A DNA stretch of 64,000 nt from Eledone cirrhosa (Eukaryota), in the NCBI GenBank assembly GCA_964016885.1, contig OZ024744.1, positions 4,960,001 through 5,024,000 of the forward strand, given 5' to 3'. The translations under genes and the position numbers were made by a program. Of the stretch, positions 26,901 to 39,449 are shown one piece after another. The notes beneath the pieces were generated by a model, which saw nothing but the letters and a program-made list of their open reading frames with translations, searched no databases and had not been told where the DNA came from. Numbering within the stretch: position 1 is the first letter of the stretch; every line of letters begins with the position of its first letter.

Positions 26901-29900
26901 GTAGCAGAGGTCTATGTTGGTAGACAGTGGTGTTGGTAGTAGAGGTCTATCTTGGTAGACAGTGGTGTTGGTAGCAGATGTCTATCTTGGTAGACAGTGG
27001 TGTTGGTAGCAGAGGTCTATCTTGGTAGACAGTGGTGTTGGTAGCAGATATCTATCTTGGTAGACAGTGGTGTTGGTAGCAGAGGTCTATGTTGGTAGAC
27101 AGTGGTGTTGGTAGCAGAGGTCTATCTTGGTAGTCAGTGGTGTTGGTAGCAGAGGTCTATCTTGGTAGACAGTGGTGTTGGTAGCAGAGGTCTATGTTGG
27201 TAGACAGTGAGGTTGGTAGCAGAGGTCTATCTTGGTAGACAGTGGTGTTGGTAGAAGAGGTCTATGTTGGTAGACAGTGAGGTTGGTAGCAGAGGTTTAT
27301 CTTGGCAGACAGTGAGGTTGGTAGCAGAGGTCTATCTTGGTAGACAGTGGTGTTGGTAGCAGAGGTCTATCTTGGTAGACAGTGAGGTTGGTAGCAGATG
27401 TCTATCTTGGTAGACAGTGGTGTTGGTAGCAGAGATCTATCTTGGTAGACAGTGAGGTTGGTAGCAGAGGTCTATCTTGGTAGACAGTGGTGTTGGTAGC
27501 AGAGGTCTATCTTGGTAGACAGTGGTGTTGGTAGCAGAGGTCTATGTTGGTAGACAGTGGTGTTGATAGCAGAGGTTAATCTTGGTAGACAGTGGTGTTG
27601 GTAGCAGAGGTCTATCTTGGTAGACAGTGGTGTTGGTAGCAGAGGTCTATCTTGGTAGACAGTGGTGTTGGTAGCAGAGGTCTATGTTGGTAGACAGTGG
27701 TGTTTGTAGCAGAGGACTATGTTGGTAGACAGTGGTGTTGGTAGCAGAGGTCTATCTTGGTAGACATTGAGGTTGGTAGCAGAGGTCTATCTTGGTAGAC
27801 AGTGGTGTTGGTAGCAGAGATCTATGTTGGTAGACAGTGGTGTTGGTAGCAGAGGTCTATCTTAGTAGACAGTGGTGTTGGTAGCAGAGGTCTATCTTGG
27901 TAGACAGTGAAGTTGGTAGCAGAGGTCTATCTTGGTAGACAGTGAGGTTGGTAGCAGAGGTCTATCTTGGTAGACAGTGGTGTTGGTAGCAGAGGTCTAT
28001 CTTGGTAGACAGTGAGGTTGGTAACAGAGGTCTATCTTGGTAGACAGTGGTGTTGTAGCAGAGGTCTATCTCGGTAGACAGTGAGGTTGGTAGCAGAGGT
28101 CTATGCTGGTAGACAGTGGTGTTGGTAGCAGAGGTCTATCTTGGTAGACAGTGGTGTTGGTAGCAGAGGTCTATCTTGGTAGACAGTGGTGTTGGTAGCA
28201 GAGGTCTATGTTGGTAGACAGTGAGGTTGCTAGCAGAGGTCTATCTTGGTAGACAGTGGTGTTGGTAGCAGAGGTCTATCTTGGTAGACAGTGAGGTTGG
28301 TATCAGAGGTCTATCTTGGTAGACAGTGGTGTTGGTAGCAGAGGTCTATGTTGGTAGACAGTGGTGTTGGTAGCAGAGGTCTATCTTGGTAGATAGTGAG
28401 GTTGGTAGTAGAGGTCTATGTTGGTAGACATTGGTGTTGGTAGCAGAGTTCTATCTTGGTAGACAGTGGTGTTGGTAGCAGAGGTCTATGTTGGTAGACA
28501 GTGGTGTTGGTAATAGAGGTCTATCTTGGTAGACAGTGGTGTTGGTAGCAGATGTCTATCTTGGTAGACAGTGGTGTTGGTAGCAGAGGTCTATCTTGGT
28601 AGACAGTGGTGTTGGTAGCAGATGTCGATCTTGGTAGACAGTGGTGTTGGTAGCAGAGGTCTATCTTGGTAGACAGTGGTGTTGGTAGCAGATGTCTATC
28701 TTGGTAGACAGTGGTGTTGGTAGCAGAGATCTATCTTGGTAGACAGTGGTGTTGGTAGCAGAGGTCGATCTTGGTAGACAGTGGTGTTGGTAGCAGAGGT
28801 CGATCTTGGTAGACAGTGGTGTTGGTAGCAGAGGTCTATCTTGGTAGACAGTGGTGTTGGTAGCAGAGGTCTATGTTGGTAGACAGTGGTGTTGGTAGCA
28901 GAGGTATATCTTGGTAGGCAGTGGTGTTGGTAGCAGAGCTCTATCTTGGTAGACAGTGGTGTTGGTAGCAGAGGTCTATCTTGGTAGACAGTGGTGTTGG
29001 TAGCAGAGGTCTTTCTTGGTAGACAGTGGTGTTGGTAGCAGAGGTCTATGTTGGTAGAAAGTGAGGTTGGTAGCAGAGGTCTATCTTGGTAGAAAGTGGT
29101 GTTGGTAGGAGAGGTCTATCTTGGTAGACAGTGGTGTTGGTAGCAGAGGTCTATCTTGGTAGACAGTGGTGTTGGTAGCAGAGGTCTATATTGGTAGACA
29201 GTGGTGTCGGTAGCAGATGTCTATCTTGGTAGACAGTGGTGTTGGTAGCAGAGGTCTATCTTGGTAGATAGTGGTGGTGGTAGCAGAGGTCTATCTTGTT
29301 AGACAGTGTTGTTGGTAGCAGAGGTCTATCTTAGTAGACAGTGGTGTTGGTAGCAGAGGTCTATCCTGGTAGACAGTGGTGTTGGTAGCAGAGGTCTATC
29401 TTGGTAGACAGTAGTGTTGGTAGCAGAGGTCTATCTTGGTAGACAGTGGTGTTGGTAGCTGAGGTCTAACTTGGTAGACAGTGGTGTTGGTAGCAGAGGT
29501 CTATCTTAGTAGACAGTGGTGTTGGTAGCAGAGGTCTACCTTGGTAGACAGTGGTGTCGGTAGCAGAGCTCTATCCTGGTAGACAGTGGTGTTGGTAGCA
29601 GAAGTCTATCTTGGTAGACAGTGAGGTTGGTAGCAGAGGTCTATGTTGGTAGACAGTGGTGTCGGTAGCAGAGCTCTATCTTGGTAGACAGTGGTGTTGG
29701 TAGCAGAAGTCTATCTTGGTAGACAGTGAGGTTGGGAGCAGAGGTCTATGTTGGTAGACAGTGGTGTTGGTAGCAGAGGTCTATCTTGGTAGACAGTGGT
29801 GTTGGTAGGAGAGGTTTATCTTGGTAGACAGTGGTGTTGGTAGCAGAGGTCTATGTTGGTAGACAGTGGTGTTGGTAGCAGAGGTATATCTTGGTAGGCA

Positions 29901-32900
29901 GTGGTGTTGGTAGCAGAGCTCTATCTTGGTAGACAGTGGTGTTGGTAGCAGAGGTCTATCTTGGTAGACAGTGGTGTTGGTAGCAGAGGTCTATGTTAGT
30001 AGAAAGTGAGGTTGGTAGCAGAGGTCTATCTTGGTAGACAGTGAGGGTGGTAGCAGAGGTCTATCTTGGTAAACAGAGGTGTTGGTAGCAGAGGTCTATC
30101 TTGGTAGACAGTGAGGTTGGTATCAGAGGTCTATCTTGGTAGACAGTGAGGTTGGTAGCAGAGGTCTATGTTGGTAGACAGTGGTGTTGGTAGCATAGGT
30201 CTATCTTGGTAGACAGTGGTGTTGGTAGCAGAGGTCTATGTTGGTAGACAGTGGTGTTGGTAGTAGAGGTCTATCTTGGTAGACAGTGGTGTTGGTAGCA
30301 GATGTCTATCTTGGTAGACAGTGGTGTTGGTAGCAGAGGTCTATCTTGGTAGACAGTGGTGTTGGTAGCAAATATCTATCTTGGTAGACAGTGGTGTTGG
30401 TAGCAGAGGTCTATGTTGGTAGACAGTGGTGTTGGTAGCAGAGGTCTATCTTGGTAGACAGTGGTGTTGGTAGCAGAGGTCTATCTTGGTAGACAGTGGT
30501 GTTGGTAGCAGAGGTCTATCTTGGTAGACAGTGGTGTTGGTAGCAGAGGTCTATCTTGGTAGACAGTGGTGCTGGTAGCAGAGGTCTATGTTGGTAGACA
30601 GTGAGGTTGGTAGCAGAGGTCTATGTTGGTAGACAGTGGTGTTGGTAGCAGAGGTCTATCTTGGTAGACAGTGGTGTTGGTAGAAGAGGTCTATGTTGGT
30701 AGACAGTGAGGTTGGTAGCAGAGGTCTATCTTGGTAGACAGTGAAGTTGGTAGCAGAGGTCTATCTTGGTAGACAGTGAGGGTGGTAGCAGAGGTCTATC
30801 TTGGTAGACAGTGGTGTTCGTAGCAGAGGTCTATCTTGGTAGACAGTGGTGTTGGTAGCAGAGGTCTAACTTGGTAGACAGTGAGGTTGGTAGCAGAGGT
30901 CTATCTTGGTAGACAGTGGTGTTGGTAGCAGAGGTCTATCTTGGTAGACAGTGGGGTGGGTAGCAGAGGTCTATGTTGGTAGACAGTGGTGTTGGTAGCA
31001 GAGGTCTATGTTGGTAGACAGTGGTGTTGGTAGCAGAGGTCTATGTTGGTAGACAGTGGTGTTGGTAGCAGAGGTTAATCTTGGTAGACAGTGGTGTTGG
31101 TAGCAGAGATCTATCTTGGTAGACAGTAGTGTTGGTAGCAGAGGTCTATGTTGGTAGACAGTGGTGTTTGTAGCAGAGGTCTATGTTGGTAGACAGTGGT
31201 GTTGGAAGCAGAGGTCTATCTTAGTAGACAGTGGTGTTGGTACTGAGGTCTATGTTGGTAGACAGTGAGGTTGCTAGCAGAGGTCTATATTGGTAGACAG
31301 TGAGGTTGGTAGCAGAGGTATATCTTGGTAGACAGTGAGGTTGGTAGCAGAGGTCTATCTTGGTAGACAGTGGTGTTGGTAGCAGAGGTCTATCTTGGTA
31401 GACAGTGGTGTTGGTAGCAGAGGTCTATGTTGGTAGACAGTGGTGTTGGTAGCAGAGGTATATCTTGGTAGGCAGTGGTGTTGGTAGCAGAGCTCTATCT
31501 TGGTAGACAGTGGTGTTGGTAGCAGAGGTCTTTCTTGGTAGACAGTGGTGTTGCTAGCAGAGGTCTATGTTGGTAGAAAGTGAGGTTGGTAGCTGAGATC
31601 TATGTTGGTAGACAGTGGTTTTGGTAGCAGAAGTCTATCTTGGTAGACAGTGAGGTTGGTAGCAGAGGTCTATCTTGGTAGACAGTGGTGTTGGTAGCAG
31701 AGGTCTATCTTGGTAGACAGTGGTGTTGGTAGCAGAGGTCTATCTTGGTAGACAGTGGTGTTGGTAGCAGAAGTCTATCTTGGTAGACAGTGGTGTTGGT
31801 AGCAGAGGTCTATCTTGGTAGACAGTGGTGTTGCTAGCAGAGGTCTATCTTGGTAACAGTGGTGTTGCTAGCAAAGGTCTATGTTGGTAGACAGTGAGGT
31901 TGGTAGCAGAGGTCTATCTTGGTAGACAGTGAGGGTGGTTGCAGAGGTCTATCTTGGTAGACAGTGGTGTTGGTAGCAGAGGTCTAGCTTGGTAGACAGT
32001 GAGGTTGGTATCAGAGGTCTATCTTGGTAGACAGTGAGGTTGGTAGCAGAGGTCTATGTTGGTAGACAGTGGTGTTGGTAGCATAGGTCTATCTTGGTAG
32101 ACAGTGGTGTTGGTAGCAGAGGTCTATGTTGGTAGACAGTGGTGTTGGTAGTAGAGGTCTATCTTGGTAGACAGTGGTGTTGGTAGCAGATGTCTATCTT
32201 GGTAGACAGTGGTGTTGGTAGCAGAGGTCTATCTTGGTAGACAGTGGTGTTGGTAGCAGATATCTATCTTGGTAGACAGTGGTGTTGGTAGCAGAGGTCT
32301 ATGTTGGTAGACAGTGGTGTTGGTAGCAGAGGTCTATCTTGGTAGTCAGTGGTGTTGGTAGCAGAGGTCTATCTTGGTAGACAGTGGTGTTGGTAGCAGA
32401 GGTCTATGTTGGTAGACAGTGAGGTTGGTAGCAGAGGTCTATCTTGGTAGACAGTGGTGTTGGTAGCAGAGGTCTATGTTGGTAGACAGTGGTGTTGGTA
32501 GCAGAGGTCTATCTTGGTAGATAGTGAGGTTGGTAGTAGAGGTCTATGTTGGTAGACATTGGTGTTGGTAACAGAGTTCTATCTTGGTAGACAGTGGTGT
32601 TGGTAGCAGAGGTCTATGTTGGTAGACAGTGGTGTTGGTAATAGAGGTCTATCTTGGTAGACAGTGGTGTTGGTAGCAGATGTCTATCTTGGTAGACAGT
32701 GGTGTTGGTACCAGAGGTCTATCTTGGTAGACAGTGGTGTTGGTAGGAGAGGTCTATCTTGGTAGACAGTGGTGTTGGTAGCAGAGGTCTATCTTGGTAG
32801 AAAGTGGTGTTGGTAGGAGAGGTCTATCTTGGTAGACAGTGGTGTTGGTAGCAGAGGTCTATCTTGGTAGACAGTGGTGTTGGTAGCAGAGGTCTATATT

Positions 32901-35900
32901 GGTAGACAGTGGTGTTGGTAGCAGATGTCTATCTTGGTAGACAGTGGTGTTGGTAGCAGAGGTCTATCTTGGTAGACAGTGGTGGTGGTAGCAGAGGTCT
33001 ATCTTGTTAGACAGTGTTGTTGGTAGCAGAGGTCTATCTTAGTAGACAGTGGTGTTGGTAGCAGAGGTCTATCCTGGTAGACAGTGGTGTTGGTAGCAGA
33101 GGTCTATCTTGGTAGACAGTAGTGTTGGTAGCAGAGGTCTATCTTGGTAGACAGTGGTGTTGGTAGCTGAGGTCTAACTTGGTAGACAGTGGTGTTGGTA
33201 GCAGAGGTCTATCTTAGTAGACAGTGGTTTGGTAGCAGAGGTCTACCTTGGTAGACAGTGGTGTCGGTAGCAGAGCTCTATCCTGGTAGACAGTGGTGTT
33301 GGTAGCAGAGGTCTATCTTGGTAGACAGTGAGGTTGGTAGCAGAGGTCTATGTTGGTAGACAGTGGTGTCGGTAGCAGAGCTCTATCTTGGTAGACAGTG
33401 GTGTTGGTAGCAGAAGTCTATCATGGTAGACAGTGAGGTTGGGAGCAGAGGTCTATGTTGGTAGACAGTGGTGTTGGTAGCAGAGGTCTATCTTGGTAGA
33501 CAGTGGTGTTGGTAGCAGAGGTTTATCTTGGTAGACAGTGGTGTTGGTAGCAGAGGTCTATGTTGGTAGACAGTGGTGTTGGTAGCAGAGGTATATCTTG
33601 GTAGGCAGTGGTGTTGGTAGCAGAGCTCTATCTTGGTAGACAGTGGTGTTGGTAGCAGAGGTCTTTCTTGGTAGACAGTGGTGTTGGTAGCAGAGGTCTA
33701 TGTTGGTAGAAAGTGAGGTTGGTAGCATAGGTCTATCTTGGTAGACAATGAGGTTGGTAGCAGAGGTCTATGTTGGTAGACAGTGGTGTTGGTAGCATAG
33801 GTCTATCTTGGTAGACAGTGGTGTTGGTAGCAGAGGTCTATGTTGGTAGACAGTGGTGTTGGTAGTAGAGGTCTATCTTGGTAGACAGTGGTGTTGGTAG
33901 CAGATGTCTATCTTGGTAGACAGTGGTGTTGGTAGCAGAGGTCTATCTTGGTAGACAGTGGTGTTGGTAGCAAATATCTATCTTGGTAGACAGTGTTGTT
34001 GGTAGCAGAGTTCTATGTTGGTAGACAGTGGTGTTGGTAGCAGAGGTCTATCTTGGTAGACAGTGAGGGTGGTTGCAGAGGTCTATCTTGGTAGACAGTG
34101 GTGTTGGTAGCAGAGGTCTATCTTGGTAGACAGTGAGGTTGGTATCAGAGGTCTATCTTGGTAGACAGTGAGGTTGGTAGCAGAGGTCTATGTTGGTAGA
34201 CAGTGGTGTTGGTAGCATAGGTCTATCTTGGTAGACAGTGGTGTTGGTAGCAGAGGTCTATGTTGGTAGACAGTGGTGTTGGTAGTAGAGGTCTATCTTG
34301 GTAGACAGTGGTGTTGGTAGCAGATGTCTATCTTGGTAGACAGTGGTGTTGGTAGCAGAGGTTAATCTTGGTAGACAGTGGTGTTGGTAGCAGAGGTCTA
34401 TGTTGGTAGACAGTGGTGTTGATAGCAGAGGTTAATCTTGGTAGACAGTGGTGTTGGTAGCAGAGGTCTATCTTGGTAGACAGTGGTGTTGGTAGAAGAG
34501 GTCTATCTTGGTAGACAGTGGTGTTGGTAGCAGAGATCTATGTTGGTAGACAGTGGTGTTGGTAGCAGAGGTCTATCTTAGTAGACAGTGGTGTTGGTAG
34601 CAGAGGTCTATCTTGGTAGACAGTGAAGTTGGTAGCAGAGGTCTATCTTGGTAGACAGTGAGGTTGGTAGCAGAGGTCTATCTTGGTAGACAGTGGTGTT
34701 GGTAGCAGAGGTCTATCTTGGTAGACAGTGAGGTTGGTAACAGAGGTCTATCTTGGTAGACAGTGGTGTTGTAGCAGAGGTCTATCTCGGTAGACAGTGA
34801 AGTTGGTAGCAGAGGTCTATGCTGGTAGACAGTGGTGTTGGTAGCAGAGGTCTATCTTGGTAGACAGTGGTGTTGGTAGCAGAGGTCTATCTTGGTAGAC
34901 AGTGCTGTTGGTAGCAGAGGTCTATGTTGGTAGACAGTGAGGTTGGTAGCAGAGGTCTATCTTGGTAGATAGTGATGTTGGTAGCAGAGGTCTATCTTGG
35001 TAGACAGTGAGGTTGGTATGAGAGGTCTATCTTGGTAGACAGTGGTGTTGGTAGCAGAGGTCTATGTTGGTAGACAGTGGTGTTGGTAGCAGAGGTCTAT
35101 CTTGGTAGATAGTGAGGTTGGTAGTAGAGGTCTATGTTGGTAGACATTGGTGTTGGTAGCAGAGTTCTATCTTGGTAGACAGTGGTGTTGGTAATAGAGG
35201 TCTATCTTGGTAGACAGTGGTGTTGGTAGCAGATGTCTATCTTGGTAGACAGTGGTGTTGGTAGCAGAGGTCTATCTTGGTAGACAGTGGTGTTGGTAGC
35301 AGAGGTTTATCTTGGTAGACAGTGGTGTTGGTAGCATATGTCTATCTTGGTAGACAGTGGTGTTGGTAGCAGAGGTCTTTCTTGGTAGACAGTGGTGTTG
35401 GTAGCAGAGGTCTATGTTGGTAGAAAGTGAGGTTGGTAGCAGAGGTCTATCTTGGTAGACAGTGGTGTTGGTAGCAGAGGTCTATCTTGGTAGACAGTGA
35501 TGTTGGTAGAAGAGGTCTATGTTGGTAGAAAGTGAGGTTGGTAGCAGAGGTCTATCTTGGTAGACAGTGGTGTTGGTAGCAGAGGTTTATATTGGTAGAC
35601 AGTGGTGTTGGTAGCAGAGGTTTATCTTGGTAGACATTGAGGTTGGTAGCAGAGGTCTATCTTGGTAGACAGTGGTGTTGGTAGCAGAGGTCTATGTTGG
35701 TAGACAGTGGAGTTGGTAGCAGAGGTCTATCTTGGTAGACAGTGGTGTTGGTAGCAGATGTCTATATTGGTAGACAGTGGTGTTGGTAGCAGAGGTCTAT
35801 CTTGGTAGACAGTGAGGTTGGTAGCAGAGGTCTATCTTCGTAGACAGTGAGGTTGGTAGCAGAGGTCTATCTTGGTAGACAGTGGTGTTGGTAGCAGAGG

Positions 35901-38100
35901 TCTATGTTGGTAGACAGTGAGGTTGGTAGCAGAGGTCTATCTTGGTAGACAGTGAAGTTGGTAGCAGAGGTCTATCTTGGTAGACAGTGAGGGTGGTAGC
36001 AGAGGTCTATCTTGGTAGACAGTGGTGTTCGTAGCAGAGGTCTATCTTGGTAGACAGTGGTGTTGGTAGCAGAGGTCTATCTTGGTAGACAGTGGGGTGG
36101 GTAGCAGAGGTCTATCTTGGTAGACAGTGGTGTTGGTAGCAGAGGTCTATCTTGGTAGACAGTGGTGTTGGTAGCAGAGGTCTATGTTGGTAGACAGTGG
36201 TGTTGGTAGCAGAGGTTAATCTTGGTAGACAGTGGTGTTGGTAGCAGAGGTCTATCTTGGTAGACAGTGGTGTTGGTAGCAGAGATCTATCTTGGTAGAC
36301 AGTAGTGTTGGTAGCAGCGGTCTATGTTGGTAGACAGTGGTGTTTGTAGCAGAGGTCTATGTTGGTAGACAGTGGTGTTGGAAGCAGAGGTCTATCTTAG
36401 TAGACAGTGGTGTTGGTACATAGGTCTATGTTGGTAGACAGTGAGGTTGGTAGCAGAGGTCTATATTGGTAGACAGTGAGGTTGGTAGCAGAGGTCTATC
36501 TTGGTAGACAGTGAGGTTGGTAGCAGAGCTCTATCTTGGTAGAAAGTGGTGTTGGTAGCAGAGGTCTATGTTGGTAGACAGTGGTGTTGGTAGCAGAGGT
36601 TTATCTTGGTAGACAGTGGTGTTGGTAGCAGAGGTCTATGTTGGTAGACAGTGGTGTTGGTAGCAGAGGTATATCTTGGTAGGCAGTGGTGTTGGTAGCA
36701 GAGCTCTATCTTGGTAGACAGTGGTGTTGGTAGCAGAGGTCTTTCTTGGTAGACAGTGGTGTTGCTAGCAGAGGTCTATGTTGGTAGAAAGTGAGGTTGG
36801 TAGCTGAGGTCTATGTTGGTAGACAGTGGTGTTGGTAGCAGAAGTCTATCTTGGTAGACAGTGAGGTTGGTAGCAGAGGTCTATGTTGGTAGACATTGGT
36901 GTTGGTAGCAGAGTTCTATCTTGGTAGACAGTGGTGTTGGTAGCAGAGGTCTATGTTGGTAGACAGTGGTGTTGGTAATAGAGGTCTATCTTGGTAGACA
37001 GTGGTGTTGGTAGCAGATGTCTATCTTGGTAGACAGTGGTGTTGGTAGCAGAGGTCTATCTTGGTAGACAGTGGTGTTGGTAGCAGAGGTCGATCTTGGT
37101 AGACAGTGGTGTTGGTAGCAGAGGTCTATCTTGGTAGACAGTGGTGTTGGTAGCAGATGTCTATCTTGGTAGACAGTGGTGTTGGTAGCAGAGATCTATC
37201 TTGGTAGACAGTGGTGTTGGTAGCAGAGGTCGATCTTGGTAGACAGTGGTGTTGGTAGCAGAGGTCGATCTTGGTAGACAGTGGTGTTGGTAGCAGAGGT
37301 CTATCTTGGTAGACAGTGGTGTTGGTAGCAGAGGTCTATGTTGGTAGACAGTGGTGTTGGTAGCAGAGGTATATCTTGGTAGGCAGTGGTGTTGGTAGCA
37401 GAGCTCTATCTTGGTAGACAGTGGTGTTGGTAGCAGAGGTCTATCTTGGTAGACAGTGGTGTTGGTAGCAGAGGTCTTTCTTGGTAGACAGTGGTGTTGG
37501 TAGCAGAGGTCTATGTTGGTAGAAAGTGAGGTTGGTAGCAGAGGTCTATCTTGGTAGAAAGTGGTGTTGGTAGGAGAGGTCTATCTTGGTAGACAGTGGT
37601 GTTGGTAGCAGAGGTCTATCTTGGTAGACAGTGGTGTTGGTAGCAGAGGTCTATATTGGTAGACAGTGGTGTTGGTAGCAGATGTCTATCTTGGTAGACA
37701 GTGGTGTTGGTAGCAGAGGTCTATCTTGGTAGACAGTGGTGGTGGTAGCAGAGGTCTATCTTGTTAGACAGTGTTGTTGGTAGCAGAGGTCTATCTTAGT
37801 AGACAGTGGTGTTGGTAGCAGAGGTCTATCCTGGTAGACAGTAGTGTTGGTAGCAGAGGTCTATCTTGGTAGACAGTAGTGTTGGTAGCAGAGGTCTATC
37901 TTGGTAGACAGTGGTGTTGGTAGCTGAGGTCTAACTTGGTAGACAGTGGTGTTGGTAGCAGAGGTCTATCTTAGTAGACAGTGGTGTTGGTAGCAGAGGT
38001 CTACCTTGGTAGACAGTGGTGTCGGTAGCAGAGCTCTATCCTGGTAGACAGTGGTGTTGGTAGCAGAGGTCTATCTTGGTAGACAGTGAGGTTGGTAGCA
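11950..38100 (+). repeat. Approximately 13.6-13.75-kb tandem duplication (about 11950-24400 vs about 25700-38100)
   Basis: Marker pairs: GGGGTGGG 11956/25705, 17204/30953, 22486/36094; ctAGctt 18271/31984; CATATG 21657/35335. Confidence 0.8.
11951..17200 (+). repeat. Representative copy of an approximately 150-monomer (5,248 bp) higher-order repeat unit
   Basis: Marker gtGGGGTGGGtag at 11956 and 17204 (5,248 = 150x35-2), and the same spacing at 25705/30953. The GATATC variant at 13298/18546 is also 5,248 apart. Confidence 0.8.
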
Positions 38101-39449
38101 GAGGTCTATGTTGGTAGACAGTGGTGTTGGTAGCAGAGGTCTATGTTGGTAGACAGTGGTGTTGGTAGCAGAGGTCTATCTTGGTAGATAGTGAGGTTGG
38201 TAGTAGAGGTCTATGTTGGTAGACATTGGTGTTGGTAGCAGAGTTCTATCTTGGTAGACAGTGGTGTTGGTAGCAGAGGTCTATGTTGGTAGACAGTGGT
38301 GTTGGTAATAGAGGTCTATCTTGGTAGACAGTGGTGTTGGTAGCAGATGTCTATCTTGGTAGACAGTGGTGTTGGTAGCAGAGGTCTATCTTGGTAGACA
38401 GTGGTGTTGGTAGCAGATGTCTATCTTGGTAGACAGTGGTGTTGGTAGCAGAGATCTATCTTGGTAGACAGTGGTGTTGGTAGCAGAGGTCGATCTTGGT
38501 AGACAGTGGTGTTGGTAGCAGAGGTCGATCTTGGTAGACAGTGGTGTTGGTAGCAGAGGTCTATCTTGGTAGACAGTGGTGTTGGTAGCAGAGGTCTATG
38601 TTGGTAGACAGTGGTGTTGGTAGCAGAGGTATATCTTGGTAGGCAGTGGTGTTGGTAGCAGAGCTCTATCTTGGTAGACAGTGGTGTTGGTAGCAGAGGT
38701 CTACCTTGGTAGACAGTGGTGTTGGTAGCAGAGGTCTTTCTTGGTAGACAGTGGTGTTGGTAGCAGAGGTCTATGTTGGTAGAAAGTGAGGTTGGTAGCA
38801 GAGGTCTATCTTGGTAGAAAGTGGTGTTGGTAGGAGAGGTCTATCTTGGTAGACAGTGGTGTTGGTAGCAGAGGTCTATCTTGGTAGACAGTGGTGTTGG
38901 TAGCAGAGGTCTATATTGGTAGACAGTGGTGTTGGTAGCAGATGTCTATCTTGGTAGACAGTGGTGTTGGTAGCAGAGGTCTATCTTGGTAGACAGTGGT
39001 GGTGGTAGCAGAGGTCTATCTTGTTAGACAGTGTTGTTGGTAGCAGAGGTCTATCTTAGTAGACAGTGGTGTTGGTAGCAGAGGTCTATCCTGGTAGACA
39101 GTGGTGTTGGTAGCAGAGGTCTATCTTGGTAGACAGTAGTGTTGGTAGCAGAGGTCTATCTTGGTAGACAGTGGTGTTGGTAGCTGAGGTCTAACTTGGT
39201 AGACAGTGGTGTTGGTAGCAGAGGTCTATCTTAGTAGACAGTGGTGTTGGTAGCAGAGGTCTACCTTGGTAGACAGTGGTGTCGGTAGCAGAGCTCTATC
39301 CTGGTAGACAGTGGTGTTGGTAGCAGAGGTCTATCTTGGTAGACAGTGAGGTTGGTAGCAGAGGTCTATGTTGGTAGACAGTGGTGTCGGTAGCAGAGCT
39401 CTATCTTGGTAGACAGTGGTGTTGGTAGCAGAAGTCTATCTTGGTAGAC

